Source: Daphnia carinata (lineage: Eukaryota). From it: DNA of 64,000 bases. A program made the position numbers and the translations under genes. Of the stretch, positions 48,206 through 63,299 are shown in pieces; the stretch's first letter is position 1, and every line of letters starts with the position of its first letter. The notes under the pieces are model-generated. The model ran no database searches, was not told where the DNA came from, and saw nothing but the letters and a program-made list of their open reading frames with translations. Location: the NCBI RefSeq assembly GCF_022539665.2, contig NC_081332.1:2046001-2110000 (forward strand). Direction: 5' to 3'.

Positions 48206-51200
48206 TTCAGCTACCTTCAGCAGACGCTTTTCGGTTCCCTCTGCTGGTGAACCAGCTCGACCAAGTAACAACGGCGCGGTCATTCGAAACATAGAATAAA
48301 AAAATATATATATCGTTAAAAAAAAATGTACAATGACATTCAAATTACCCTACCCTTACATTTCTAATTGCTTTTTAAATAGCCTAAGTGTGTATGCCCC
48401 CTCTAGCTAAATGTTACGTTTGTATGGGAATCAAAGTTCATGATTTCAGGAGGGGTTTTTTTGTTGTTACGAAAGTGGCAATTAAAAGATTTTCTTTCTT
48501 TTTTTTTTCTAGGAAAATAAAAAAAACTAAAATACCATCGAATGTAAATGTGAAGTAGCTACTGTTGCATGTTGCAGGAGCTACCGGCTCATTTGTCAAT
48601 GCCCCCTGAGATGAGGAGATGGACATGATGTGCATCCATCACGTGGATTCTCACCATTTCCTCTTCATCTGCCACACTTTGTTTCGTTTTCTCCCCATCC
48701 TTGCCCCATCAACAGACACTTTGATGGCCTTCTCGAAAATAAGCAAATGTTTTTTTTTTTTTCGGTTTTGACGGGACTCTCATGGATATCTCACCTGACC
48801 ATCAACTGCATTTACAATCGTTAACGACCAGAGCGCGCGCGAGACCCCCCCAAGAACTTTGTTTTTATTTTATTTTTTTTATGTTTTATTTTTATTTCTT
48901 TTTTTCCGGGTGCTTTTCTTTGCTAGACACCATCTGTGCCTTTTAGTTCGATCATTTTCAAGGGGGGGGTTCAAACTTTGAACAAGAAGAGTTCCTTGGG
49001 GCCATTGGAAGAAAACAAAAAAAAGACAACAGCAGGTTGTGGAAAGCTTATTATTATGTTTATATAAATCATAGGGACGCGCGAATGGACTCGGAAGGTC
49101 CACACACACACACACACTGTGCAGAGGGGGGACGGGAAGTGGCTACTGGTTGCGCGCATCAAAAAGATGGCGGCTTGGGTGGAAAGTGGGTCGTGTCGAC
49201 GAGGGGGAGTCTTGAGCATAATCAAGGCTCCTCGAGGCTTCCTTCTTCTTTTCAAATGTTACTCTTTGGTTTTTTCTTTTTTTTCTTCTGAGGGAAAAAA
49301 AACGCTGAAAAAATTATTACAGAAATATAAAAAAGAACCTCCCCAGCCAAACAACTAAAAAAAGCTACCGGATAATCGTCGTACGCGTGTGGACTGTTCA
49401 GAGAGTTTCTCCTTCCTTTTGTTTGGGATGAGGGGGGGTGGATAATTTGAGCCAGTTTCCAGAGCCACCTAGCGGTGGTCAGTAGGCATCGTGAACGAAC
49501 ATTTTTGCAGTCGTTTCCCTCTGACTTTGTACTCGGATATATATTTTTCCACCGGGCCGAGGGTTTTCCGAAATGACTTCCGTTGCGTCTACAGTCTGTG
49601 CTCTCCTTAAGTTTGCCCCCCCCCCCCTTTATTTTCTTATGTCTGAAATTGAAGGGAAAAAAAAGGATACATCCCTTTTCTGGAAACCCCTTTTTTTGTT
49701 TCAGTTGACTGAGGTTACTATGGAAACCACATGTTCTTTTTTTCTTTTCCCGAGACGTCATCAAACTTCCGGTTCTATTTTCATGTTCTTCAAATTTCCC
49801 ATGACCCTTACTATTACTGATTACCTCATTAAAGAACACACACACAAGAAGAAAAAAAAAGGAGGGAAAACAAAAATATTCACGTATTTTTCAAGGGTAG
49901 CTTTCGTAAGGAGCATATGGGTGACATATGGCGACGGCCATATTGTCCAAAGTTGTGTCGGATATCGCGATCGATTCACCCTCTCTTCCGCTTTTCCGGA
50001 TGCTGATCTGTTCCCCTCACTCTCTGTCCCCTCCATTTTCTAAAAACCCTGTCTTTTTTTTGTCGGGGGAAAGAAAAAACAACAGATTGGACGCCGTCTG
50101 TTTCCAAGACACTTGTAACTTTTGTTTTAAAACTGTTGAGTCGTCTGCTGTTCGCGTCTAGACTTGGTCAAGAAGAGCAGGTTGTTCAAAAGAAGCCCCC
50201 CACTAAAAATAAAACGAGGACCACCCAGGTGAGTAACCACTTGATGAGCTTCAAAACCTATATAGTTTTGGCAAATCTTTCAAACATGATCATTAAAAGA
50301 GAGCAAAGAACACACGAGAGTCCTCTCACTAAGAAAAAAAGCCGCCATTGTTGGTTCTCGTCAAACCGACCAGGGAATAATGCACTCGTCTTTTGGTCAT
50401 TACGCAGTCACCATATGGAGGCCATGCTGAAACCTCGAGCACAACAAATAAAAGCCGATGCCGACAGAAACCAATTTGTCTGATCCAATTTTCTCCACGA
50501 CCTGCCATAATATCTGTTAAGTCAAATCCTTGTTCTTTTATTTACTCGCTGTAATTGTTGAGTACCTGAACCGCATTTCTCTTTCGAAACCCTCCTCCCC
50601 AACAATCAATAAAAGACACTATTGTGATGCAATTAGTTTTCAGACCAGTCTTTTTATTTTCGCTCGATGACGTGTCGACAAGTCCAGGCTTGTTACACAC
50701 ATCCCTGTGTGTCTGTGGAAACGTACAAGTTTCGTAATCTCCAAGCAAGGGGAAAAATGGCTGTCTGCATTGAAGTGAATCACGGCACGAAAATTTGCGG
50801 CGGTGCCAAATAATTGTTATAAATAAATCGAAAAAAAAACACATTCCGACCGGGATTACTTTTTTTTTAAAATGCACCCACCATCTGTCGTGTTGTGTGT
50901 GGAGACGACATTAAGAAGAAAAAAAAAGATCTTTTTTGGGGGAGGGTTGCTCTTAAGAAACTAACCACAGATTATTCTTGTACTTGAATTATTGACTAGT
51001 TTATTTTTTCAATCTACAATGTGTTGCACTTGTTTTTCTCCTTTTTTTTTTAAATTGAAAGAAAAACGAGAAAAACGTTTAAAAGTGATTAAAGAAAATG
51101 GTTGGGTACGAGGGGTACGTATCTATAAAGAACAGTTGGGGAAAGAAGAAAAAAAAAGTGAATGTCAGAAAGTCTAATTATAAATCCCCTTAATTTGCCA

Positions 51201-54200
51201 CTGAGCTGACGGTTTGTATCGACCAGGTGTGTGCCGACTCTCTCCTCCCATCCTTTTTCTTTCTTCTAAACGTGGTCAGCTCTTCGTTTGTGATCAATTA
51301 ACCCGCTTTTTTTGTATACACCGCCGGCTCTTCATCTTCTTTTACGAAAAAAAAAAAACTTATAGATTTTCGTCTTAAAAAAAAAACGCGCCTACTGATT
51401 GAATCAGGCTTCCGCGCGGAACATTTGAAAAAAAAAAATACAAGTGATTGATGATGAACCCATCGGCGACGATACGGGTACTTGGCACCTTTTAAAGCGG
51501 ATTACAGAAGATTTTCAGTTCCGAACAGAAAATACAAATGTCCGCACCTAAAATGGATGGGAAAATTTCAACAATTGCGGAACCGAGAATCTTAATTGGC
51601 GGAATGATAATCCTTCTAAAAGGAAAGCATTCTAAAGAAAGAAAGAAAAAAACAGAAGCTTTTGTTGTAAATTCATGACTGCTCCATCATGTTATTTCCG
51701 TCCCAGCTTTTCTTCATTTTTTTTTTCAAACATAAAAAACATAGGGACAATGTCGTTATCCTACACGGTGCATTCCACAAGTAGAAAAAAAAAATGTCGG
51801 CATTTTTTAGTGAAATAATTTAATTCGACCCTAGCTGAAAATGAAAAGCTTGATACGCGTTTAAGATCAATCGATAACATTTTTTTTAAGCGTGCATTTC
51901 GAGATGAACATCACCACTGACCCCGATTGTTTTTCATTTGTTTTAGTTTTTATGTACAGACCGCATAGAAAGCAAAATGCACGTTAAAAGAGGAATGATG
52001 GATCATCTAGCTGAAATATGAATTCCACAGCACCCGCCAAAAGAAAGACAAGAAGCCTCTGTTTTTTATTTAACAAGGCGCGCTTTTAAAAGTTCCATTT
52101 CGACGAGCGAAGAGCGGAATGAAATTGGAAAACATTCCACACATTGAACTCTGTCCTCTATACCCCCAACTAAAAAAAAAACAACACAAGTTATGGCTAA
52201 GAAATGTGGCTCTAAACAAACGATTAGGTCCTTTCCTTTTATTTTTCAAGCCGAAAAAAATAGCGCACATTCCATAAACCTTAAAGCAGAAAAGAAATTC
52301 GTAAATTAACACGAGCCCGGAAAAATGGACGCCATTGAACTTCTGGTTTTGTTTTGAAATTCTCAAACAAAACGCCAACTGTCAAGGCCTGAAAAAATAT
52401 ATATTGCCAGAAACACGCAAGAACAAAGTCTAGCATTGAGTCGGAATTTGTCATGTCTGCCATCGGACGCCGGAAGGTGACAGCGTCGTCTCTATGGACG
52501 CCAACTGCAACCCAATCCATGTACTCCATGTGTGTGTGTGTGTGTGTGTGTGTGATGCCGCCATCTATGACACACACGCACCGCTGGCATGAGGGCGGAT
52601 GCCTATATTCAAAAAATAAAACATTTTGTTTGTTTTGCTTTTTCCATCCGGATGCATATATTAGCGTCTATTGTGAAATATACCCACATGATCCTATACC
52701 AACCGTCAGGAAGAGACAAGGGGGGGGGGGGCAATCCAGCAAAATCGCAAGACTGCTCCGCTTCTGTGCATGGCAACAATCAACTTTCTCTTGTTTCTCC
52801 GTTACATCCGTACATTTCCGATAAATGGATAATCATAGAGTAAAAAAAAGGGGGGGAAGGGGAGTAACATGTCATTAATCAAAGAGTAGTAAGAGGAGGG
52901 TAGAACGTTGTAATAGGGACCTATTTATTCCCTTCTACACACGAAAAAGGGCGCTGATAGAAAATGACACGCACGAAGCACCGGGTGCACCGTTTGCAAT
53001 TAGAGGACCGATTGTCGTTCCGTCATGTTTATTTCAAAAACGCTGATGGTGGCATATGGGGGCATGTATACTACTCTGCATATATATATATGGTTGTGAC
53101 GGCTTTTTTTTTTCAGACCAAGGAAGAGGGGAGAAACTAGAGTATATGAAACACCCTCTCTCCAGCCTATATATGTAAAAATGGACGGTATGCATTTATA
53201 TGCACATTTATGTTTTTCTATATTAAAGGGCGGGTTGAAACTCTTGAAGCAAAAGGTCAGTGGCCATCTGCCCGCTCGCGTTTCATGTTTTTTTGCTCTG
53301 GGGAGGGAGGGCGCTGTATAACTGTTCGTTGACAGTTTGTTTATTCTTGTAGACACTTAACAAAACCACATTGCCAATATTTGCGGACAGTAGTTCCCTT
53401 CGGTTTTTTTTTTGTGTGTGCGAAATGAAGAAAAACAAGAGAAAGAAAAATAGAAGAAAATGACACACGCCCTTGTTTTGAATATCTCCACGCAGACTCC
53501 ATAAATAAATACGTAAACCAGAAATAACAAATAAATTTGACAGTGCGCTTTCTTTGAAAAGAAATCTATTCGATTCGAAATGCGAAAGTTTAAGATGACG
53601 TGATTTCTTCATTCCCTCCGTGTAAGGCAAACACAACTTTCGTGTCTAAACTTGTCTATTCACGATTAGGCACCTTGCGGTAGCGCTGTATGATTTTTCT
53701 TGTCTGTACATGTTTTAGCAGGGAACGGTTGCTTGTTTAGCGAGTGACGCATGCATTCACGTATCCACTATCAGCCACTATCCCGTTGTACCGTTTTCGA
53801 ATAACACGTGACCATTGTGAGCGGGAAAAAAGCATAAAACCGAAGCGACTACTACGATGTCGTTCTTATCTGTTATTATTTTTATTATGGGCAGGAGGGG
53901 AATGACAGTATAAGGCAAAGGGCAGCAGAAGTTCATAAAAAAAAACGAAGCGATAACCTAAATTTGAATATTTCTAACACACGCGCATAAGCTAACGATT
54001 TGCGGTTCGGTTCTCGGGCTTGTCTTTATTTGCTTTAAACGCTGACGTGATTTCCCGATTAACTCTCGAACATGTTTATTAAATATTTTCTCTGCAAATG
54101 GCGTTGTGGGGCTTTCTTTCTTCTTAATCAGATTAGTCGTGTTGTTGGTATCGTTGGCGATGTTATCCAACACACGCAGCTCACCCTAAAAAAAATCTTT

Positions 54201-57200
54201 TTTATTTCTTTTATGTGTGTTATGATTTCCAAAAGAAAAAAAAATCATTATAAAAGACTTGGGGGATCCCATTCTGACTACAAACAAAAAAAAAACTGAA
54301 GAGGGGGGGGGGACAACTGCTGTTACGTTTCAATGAAGGTGTTGCCAGATGTTGACGCAATCGTCAATAGATCCACGGGGAGGAACGTACAAGAGCGCGA
54401 AAAAAAATGCCCCCCATTCGAAATGTAAAAAAAAAATAAATATGTGCCAAATAAAAAAAAAACCAGGTGAATTATGATGGACGCATCAAGAAAAGAAGAC
54501 GAGGGGAGGAGGGCTGAAGTTGATGTCTTTTGTTCTCGACATCATCAGGCAATCTACTCGGGCGAGGGGAGAAAGCGAGAGAAGTTAATCATAAGCCCTC
54601 TGGCACTCTATCGATTCAATAGATGACTGCAAAAAATAAAAATAAATAAAATCAGAAGGAAATCCAGTGTTCAATCAAGCGACTGACAGCAGTCAGGGAG
54701 GGCATAATAGTAGAGCAAGAGCACGTGCTGACATCACAAGAAGGTCAGCATTGACTTTTTGGCGGGATTTAAAGCCTGTCTATAGTTACGAACTGCAGAA
54801 AAAAATTATTTCTACATTATATGGATGGAGGGGGCACGCCCTCGCCATTGGGTAACCAGCCGAGCGTGAACGAGCCGACAGCTCCGTAACGCGTATCGCA
54901 ACAATGATTATGATTTTTTTGTTGTTGTTGTATCGTTTGAGCTTGAGGGACACGGAAAAAAATATATATATAGCAGCAACAAAAAAGCTATTTTTATTTC
55001 GATTGCCATTTTTGATCGATGCGCAGTGATGGATCTGGTTCGTGCCCCCCCCCCCCTTCACACGTACGACCACGCCCAACATATTACGCTGATATTTCCA
55101 GTAATTGAATCGGGGTTATATAGACATGCGATCAGGGCGAATTTGCGCTTCGTATGCAGCACGTGGAGTTTGCTATATAACTAGACTATATACACATAAG
55201 ATAATCAGGAATTACAGGCCAATGGTTTTCTGTATACACGCTATTTAAGACGATATGTTTAAGTAGGAAGAGACATTACATAAAGACTAGGCTTATCCAA
55301 TATATTTTTTTCCCTTCTTCTTATTATCAATTTCCTTGTGTGACCCCTGTGTGAACTTGGTACAAGTTCAAAAAAAAAAAAAAAGACCGGACGTGGGTTT
55401 ATTTCTTCTCAAGGTGCTATTTAGATGTATACTTGCAAAGGAGCCATTTTCCTTCTTATTTTTATTTTTATTTTTTTCCTTCTTCTTTCAAACAGTAAAA
55501 AAGGTGAGTATAGAGGGGGGTGATCGGGCTTGCTGTAGGTGCGCTTCGTCGTGGGAAAAACGTGTGTGTCTGTATAGAGGATTTAAGAAGAAAAAAAACC
55601 TACAGAAAATATGTGTCGGAGCTTGAAATGAAGAAGAACTTTCCTTTCTTCTTCTCAGTTTCCTTTCAACGAGTTGTTATCTACCTGGGACGGATTTACG
55701 AACCTGAGACTATAAGGAAAAGAAGACAAACGTCTCTTTCTTTTTTCGAGCGGCTCATCTTTTATGCGCAGCATCGTATAACAGTTTTCGCTATAATGCG
55801 GAACCCCTCCCTTATGCTGTTCTTCCCTCGTCACGAGATTAGCCGTTCTCAATGTCACGAAAAAAAAAAAATAGGAAAAATTTCGCAAGAAAATGTAAAA
55901 GATATTCGGATATTTTTGTTTAATCTCCCTTTTCTTTTTAAATAAGAAAATCCAGCAGATGGTCCCATTTCCAATGACGTCGATATCGATAGTTGCAAAC
56001 ACACATCCACGTAACACACACACACACACATGCTAATCGGAAAAAAATGGGGTTAAAGATAAGCGAGGGGGTTAAATGTTTTTTTCTCGTCTGCTGTCTA
56101 CGTAAAAAATATACGAACACACCAGGTGCTGCACTGGTTGCGTGACTCTACCATTAACGTTTTTTATTTTTCTAAACCAATTCCTAGTAGAGCTCTCCTT
56201 TTTTTTTAACATACACGCCGGATTGCAGCACACACGTCCATAACTGATGATGACAATAACAAAACGGTAACAAAAGACACGCGCGCCCGACAACAGCCCC
56301 AACATGATGGATGAACTTAGCAAACGATATATATTGTAAAGGAAAAAAAAAAAAAAGGAAACCCCTTCTCTCGTTGATAACAAACGCGTGTTCTGATTTT
56401 CGGAAAATCGACTTACTTTTTACAAACCCCTTTTCTATTGATATGTATTTATCTTATACGTAATTACATATGCCGCTAGAGTTCCGATTGCAACCCATCT
56501 TCTAGCGGACATAGATAATCGTCAGGTATAGTAAAAACGAATGTAAATGGAATACGTAACCGACAGTTGTCGAATCTCTCCTCCCACCTCTTTTCATTTG
56601 CCATTTTTAATCATTCAATGCACGCACGCGACTCAACCATTTTTTTTTTACTTTCAAAAGCTGCCACACGTTTAGTAACTGGAGTATATGGCATTATTTT
56701 CTATCTATACTGACCCTATCGCTTCTTCAAGCTTTTTTTATAGACTTGCTATGTAATTAGTATGACAGGGCATCTGGTAGCCTCTAGCGATGCACAAAAG
56801 GGCCGAGGTGATGTAGAGGCCATTCTCAGATCTCTCCCCCTTCTCTCCTTTTGATCGAGCTGTTGAATTGGAATGAATTCAACACCGGATTAGACACAAT
56901 GTCCACTTGATATTTTTTTTCTTTTTCATATTTGCATGTCAATGTTGGTAGTAACTCGACATTAGAGAGGGAGGTACCGAGGAGCAGTCCGATGGGGTCG
57001 AGATTGACAGGCACGCAATGTGTGTGCCTGCGACATGTCATCAAGTTCGTATTTTTCTGAATAGACGATTTTTTTTGGAGTGGCGTCGGTGAGTAGAGGG
57101 GGTGGGGAGGGGGACGCCGGTAGGAAAATATAAGTATTTTTAATAACAGGACAACTCCAAAAAAAAAAAAACGACGCTAAGGTTTGTATTGATGAAAAAT

Positions 57201-60200
57201 GAATAATAAATAATAGAGGGGGTAAAATAATAATAAAAAAAAGTCCAACCCCCTCAGTAGCCAACCCCTTTTCGATTCAACTCTAGTCAAGAGGGTTGGA
57301 TCCAAGGTTTTTTACTTGTCAAAATCTCGTCAATAGAATAATAAAAAAAAATTATTTTGGAAAATAAAAAATATATAGAAAAGGGGAACGGATAAAAGGC
57401 TTGAGGGGGAGTTGCACAAGGTGGTAGCACTTGATGAGCCTGTATTATACAGAAATAGTATACACACTCAAGAGGGATATGTCGTCGACAGAGTGGGTAA
57501 TCAACGTGATTGACTCACTCTCTTTTTTTTTAAGGACGACATCCAGCAGCAGCTGCTGTAACCAACAATACAACTCGTGTTCATTTTTTTTTTTCATTTC
57601 ATTTCAAAAAGCTCATATTATATAATTCCCGCGTTTTTTTTCTCTAATACCTCGCCCTCCTACCCTTTGAATGCATTTTTCAAGTGGTTTCAAAAATTCT
57701 CCTCCCAGTTGGTTGACAACTTGATGGCATTATCGACAGTTTGACAGAAGTTTCGATCTTGTGTGACACATACAAAATGGGAAAGAAAAAAAAACCGTGA
57801 AAATAGACGCTCAAAGCATTTGATCCCGGTATCGGGTGCTAACCGCGTTGATGGATTTGTGTCGACTACCATCCTTTCCTACTAGGCCTTTTCTTTTTGT
57901 TCTTCTTTACCACACGAAACAGCGTAAGAAGACACCAAACTTTTGGTGGAAAAAAAAAATGAACATAAGAAGGTGCTGGATCCGGCAGCCCAGGAAACCC
58001 CGCTAAGTAAAAAAGCTGTTCCAGAAGGGATTTTTAAAGGATCAAGTATACGGATTTCTGTTTTTCACACATCGTGTTATCCTAAAAGAACAGCGTCACT
58101 AGTACTACATAAATCTACTGTTCGCTATTTTTTTTTTTTAAGTTGATGTGCTTGTGATTGAGACCGATGGTTTGATTTCGTGTACGCAACAGTTGTTATT
58201 CAATCATTATTTGGTTTGAAACAGTTTCTAATTAAAAAGCTGGTGTGTATTTCGAAAAAAGGAGGTGATGATGGTGTTGATGGCGCACAAACAGTTTCGA
58301 CCTTTCCCATCGTTGGTTGATTACCTTCCCCCCTCCTTTATTTAATGCTTTCCCCACAACGTCATCCTCTTCGGCCAATTATCCTTAATAACCTTCTCTC
58401 CCCCCCCCTCCTCACTCACCTGCACTCCCAGCCAAAAGGAAGATTACCTTTCGTAGCAGGACTGTGAGAACCGTAAAACACCTCGATTACATCAATGTCT
58501 TCGGATGACGTCACCATCAACTGATAAGTCAATCCCCCCCCCCCACTAATTCCTCTTTTTTTTTTCGTTTATCGCTCATATATAGTATGGGATAATTAAA
58601 CCTACTTTGCATATCGCGTGGAAATTGATCACCGTCCTGAATCGAAGAACCCAGTCCCTCTTACTATAGTTTTATCCCCCCCCCCCTCCATTGCGTGAGG
58701 CTTTTTGTTAATGAGAGTTACGCACACAATCGTCTAATGGGTCACGTTTGATAATGTCCAATAATGGCAATTTCGTTTTTCTTCTCCCTTGAATGAATGT
58801 GGCTTTTAGTTTTCGTAATCAAGATGGTGGCACTCAACCACTTCGGAAAACGTCGTCGCTATTGTTTTTCTATGCGTTTTTAAAGGGAAGAAAATAACCT
58901 GTTTCGAAAAAAAGAAAAAAATCTCACGGGTTTTGAAAATAAGAAAGTAAAGCGAGGGTGTAACGTGTGGTCAAGTTCTAAGGTGACTCCCAGGTGTAAT
59001 CTACCTATCCTGGACCGGATGTCCGGAGATAACCACCTTTTTGCCTTCTTTTTTTTCCTTTAGGCGTCAATTAAGCAACACCGGACGTGCGAGAATAGAT
59101 AGTGGACCAAGACGATCCATTGCTACGCAGTTGTGTTCAGGTTTTTTTTTTTTCTTATTTTACAGAAAAATAAAAGATGAAAAAGGTAGATAAAGAAAAA
59201 AAAAATGGAGGGTTTTGGTTGGTTGGAAAGAAAAAAAAAAGAAAGTGCTTCTCTTTCTCTTTTATTTTTGGCGCCCAAAGTCTCTTCTTACAATGTGTGT
59301 CCAAAAAAAAAAAAAAAAAAAACCCGCGCCCCAAAAAACCCAGTTCCTTTGTTGTGGTTCAGGCTATTTGGCCTGGAGCTAGTCCCTGGGCGTTGTGAGT
59401 AACCATCGCCTCGAGGTTCTAGAACTACTCTCAGCGTAGATTGTTATACATACGCGTAACACTGTCCCTTCTTCCAATCTTAATTCTTTTTTTTTTTCTC
59501 ATCTTTTCTTATGTTTCCCTTCTTTTGTTGTGAAGAAGCGAAATAGAAGAGAGAGGAAGGTGGAGAGAAAAAGAGATAGACCCATATAATATATGTATAC
59601 AGTGTCCAATATATATGATCAATTATTCAGGCTTGGGGCCATTGACGCTGGCACGTGAACTCTATCTCCATATGATGACAAAAATGGCCTTCGGGAATGT
59701 ATTTCCGAATGCTACCTGGCTTTCCTCTCTACTCGTACCTGCTAGATCACGTATCACTCATTATATATTATATATGGAGGTGATGTTCTTATTATTGTTA
59801 TATGAGCTCGACCAGCAGGCCATACGGGAAAAGGAGGGGGTTACAAACAGAGGGCGTTTTCTTCCCTAGGATTCTTCGTTTTCTTTCCCACGGCGTTTCA
59901 GTTTTCTTTTTTTTTTTTTTTGTTTCTCGGGTGTTATCATCATCATGCATAATAAAACTTAACATTTTATTTTTCCCGACTATCAGCAGCACCGAAGTCT
60001 GTCGGTCAGAGAAGTGAACAAAAGAGAATCGTGGTCAGGCCGCACGTAGCAGACGAACGTTGTTGTTCACATTCGTCTATTCGCGATTTTCGGGACGTCA
60101 CCTTCGATCAAACAGAAAGAAATAAAATCTGGGACGTGTAAAAAAGTGTTTCGAAAACTTGAATGAATTAAAACAAAAATGGGATGCACATTGTCAACTG

Positions 60201-62224
60201 TAACGGTGATCCACAGCGACGAAACTACGGGTGAAAAACCACAGATTTCCGATTCCTGGTAACAAGTGTTTTTATTGTATATGTGTGTGTGTGCAGTTAA
60301 GCAAGGTGACTTTTTTTTTCAATCGTTGTTATCTAAACGAACTGAAAGAAAAACCAAACCAGTTCACCATGATTACGAAATTCATGAGCATGGTCAACCT
60401 GTGTGACGTGTTTCTCTTTTTTATCTCTCTCGTTCTCAACTGAAAAAAAAGGAAAACTAGATGTCATTTGTTTTTCGACTATTTCCACATTACATATCAC
60501 GCCAGGCATTTCCCCCCTTATTTATTTTTTTTTACATATATTTTACAACGTAAAACCATGATCCGTTTTTCTCTCTTTTTTTACGACACCGGTTATATCG
60601 GAACAGGATGTGCGCGCATTCAAAGTGCTCGAGAACAAAACAAGCGACGACATCGGACATTGAAGCTTGCACCTTCCAAACGGACATGTAAGATACCTTC
60701 AGTATATTTCATTTCACCCCCCTGGTGTCAGCGGCCCTTCGTGTATAATAAACTTATTCTTCTATTATTTACAGGGAACGTCATTCTGTTGTGTCCGAAA
60801 ATCTTTAGAATAAAACACGAAAAAATAAAAAACATGACCAACTGGGCAGGTCCTGTTTGGTAGTTGGGGTTGGTTGAAAAGACGACCAAGAAGAAGAATA
60901 AGGGAGGAAGCACTTGTTAGACTAACAAACCATAGAGGAAATCCGGTCATTTTCTCTCTCAACTTATCCGGCGAGTTCTCTTTTTCTTCTTCTCCCCATC
61001 TATTCTAAAGGCAGAGTTGGGAAAAAAAAAATGAGTAGGACTACAACCCTTGGACTTTGAAACTACTACCCCGACCAGACAAATAATAGGCCCTCTTTTT
61101 TTTTGCCTTTCCATCGTCGCTGTGTGTTCAACTTCCCCCTAAAATCCGAAAAGTCACCGTACATAATCCACAGTTAAAATCAGTGTGTACGAAAGGGGCG
61201 AGGATGTCTTGAAACTTGTACACACAATAGGGGCCCTCCTAAGTTGATCTATATATTTATTACATATGCTTAAGTCAGAGGATCGGCTAAAGAGTCGTTG
61301 ACTTCGATATAGAGATACCACCATGTAGGCTGTGTAAGAATAGAGATACCTAACCGAAAAATTCGACTTGCCCCTTTTTTTCTTTCAGCTTCATTGGTTT
61401 GACGATGACCTTATCATCGATAGGGACCGGTTCATTACGTTTAAGAGCTCATTTCCCACACAGCCCGCATTGGGACTAGTGCAACAGGCATTTACCACGC
61501 TGCTCAGTCAAATGAATGTCATTCAAGTGCTCGTCTTGAACGTTCAATAACTTTGTACACATAAAAAAAAAAACTACTGAAATTTCTAAATTCACGTATT
61601 TAAAAATCGTGTGATTTAAACTACTTGAAATAGAGTATTTATTTAGTTTTTTTTCCGATAGCGCATGTTGCATATGTAATAGAAGCTAGCATGCTCCAGA
61701 TTACAGTGATATGATACTTCATTCTTGTCGTGGATAAAGAACGGGTTTCCGAATTTCACCTGTAAGTAACAAGAAACGCGTTAGGAGATAACAGCATGGA
61801 ACAACAAAATCCAGAACCATTCTTCTTTTGATTCTCACAAACCATCCTAAAACTTTATCGGCTTAAAAACTGGAGTACCAAGCTAACTCGACATGTGACG
61901 AAAGGACGTAATTCGTCGTAAATTTTAGTAGAATAGCTAAGTCAGCATGCCAAGGAAAACGATTTCCTAAAAAACAATAAATAAAAAACACGAAAAGTGT
62001 AACAGCAAAAAGCTCCTCATCCGGTGTAGTGCGAATACATTTCTAACTTACAAAACGAATGTTGTTTTTTGGTAAAAATTGAAATTCAGCACCAACTGGC
62101 AGTGAGTTTGAGAACTAATAGTTTCCATTATTTATTGGTAGATGGCGTGCGAGATTTCTAGTGACATATCAGTTGGGCAGAGGACTCTGATCTGTGTAAT
62201 CTGTTCGGACGTGTGAATGGCCTA

Positions 62225-62238
62225 CCGCTAGATGGCAC
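62225..62238 (+). promoter_or_regulatory. CTCF-like insulator motif
   Basis: CCGCTAGATGGCAC resembles the CTCF core; a partial copy GGTAGATGGCG lies near 62137. Motif match only. Confidence 0.4.
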
Positions 62239-62839
62239 CATGTCTGGGCAGTTTATATAATACAGCCATATAAATGTATTAGGATGTATATGTACACTGG
62301 ATAAAAAACATAATTATTTAAGTAATCTTGTTATGTTCCTTATATGTTGTTTTACCAAAAGGGAAAATATTATCTTTTATACGGAAAATAGATAGTAAAC
62401 AATTTTGGGGTAGAAATCGGGGAAAAAAAAGGCTACTTAGCAGAAAGCATGCATTCAGCGTTTATAATGGGGAATTGTAACAGGAGATGCCTCGTATTAA
62501 AATCAGGGACGCGATGAGTACCAATATGACCTTTCAAACACAAAAAAAAAAATTTCTCTTCTCGAATCGGCGAAAAGCTCCGCGATTCACGTGGGGCCGA
62601 GCCGGCGAGCCCTAGTCAAATTCAAAATGCGAAATACCACATGAATCGGTCCTATTTCCACAGCCAGGCAACCCTGAGCAAAAAAAATAAAAGGCAAAAT
62701 GGCCGACCCTCGTGTATAACTAGACGTTGTTTATCTCGGGGTTTTTTTGGGCCCATATTTTCTTCCGTTAATCTTAAATTCTTGTCATAAAATTTCCAGT
62801 TGCAAATGTCTCTTAACACGTTCGTCATTGCAGTATTCC

Positions 62840-63065
62840 TGATTGGTTGATTCGACAACGAAACAAAAGTGTTCTTCACTTTTTTTTCCCTCACCCTTCC
62901 TCCTCGTACTCACGCGTTTTTGTGTTCCCTCAACTCCCCCACACGCAGAAGCAAGGCCCGGTTGTCCTTTACTTTCTCTGAGGGGTTCGATTGGCGCGGG
63001 TTGTATGATGAATGGCGCCGTGATCTACCTATAAATGACCTTGTACTTCGGCGAGTTTTTAGTCT
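62840..63065 (+). promoter_or_regulatory. Putative promoter of the TRIM gene
   Basis: ATTGG at 62842 and 62990, E2F-like TTGGCGCGGG 62991-63000, TATAAA 63030-63035, Inr-like TTAGT ~63059. Probable 5' UTR intron ~63093-63283. Confidence 0.5.
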
Positions 63066-63299
63066 TTTTTTTTTCACTTTCCAGTTCCTATAAGTAATTG
63101 CTCAAACGTTGATAACGCACCAAATCGTTAGTTTTGTGGGATATTTTGTCTGCTCTGTTTTTCGAGAATGGAACTAAAGCCATTTTCATTTTGATTGCCC
63201 TTTGAAAGATTTGTGCATACATTTAAGTGTTGGTTTTCATAAGTACCATTGTCTTACAAGTTTCATTTCTTGTTTTATTGCAGTGTACCTATTCATAAA

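Noticed and set aside
26363..61460. Scattered Su(H)-type YGTGRGAA sites (e.g. 26363, 26632, 40435, 41383, 55550, 59885)
   Set aside because: The count is near the rough random expectation (about 5 per 41 kb) and they are not paired or clustered.
22360..63100. The many 60-200 aa ORFs in the track
   Set aside because: They are K/F-rich products of A/T homopolymers and microsatellites, mostly with non-ATG starts, with no domains or splice support. The exceptions are the two CKI exons.
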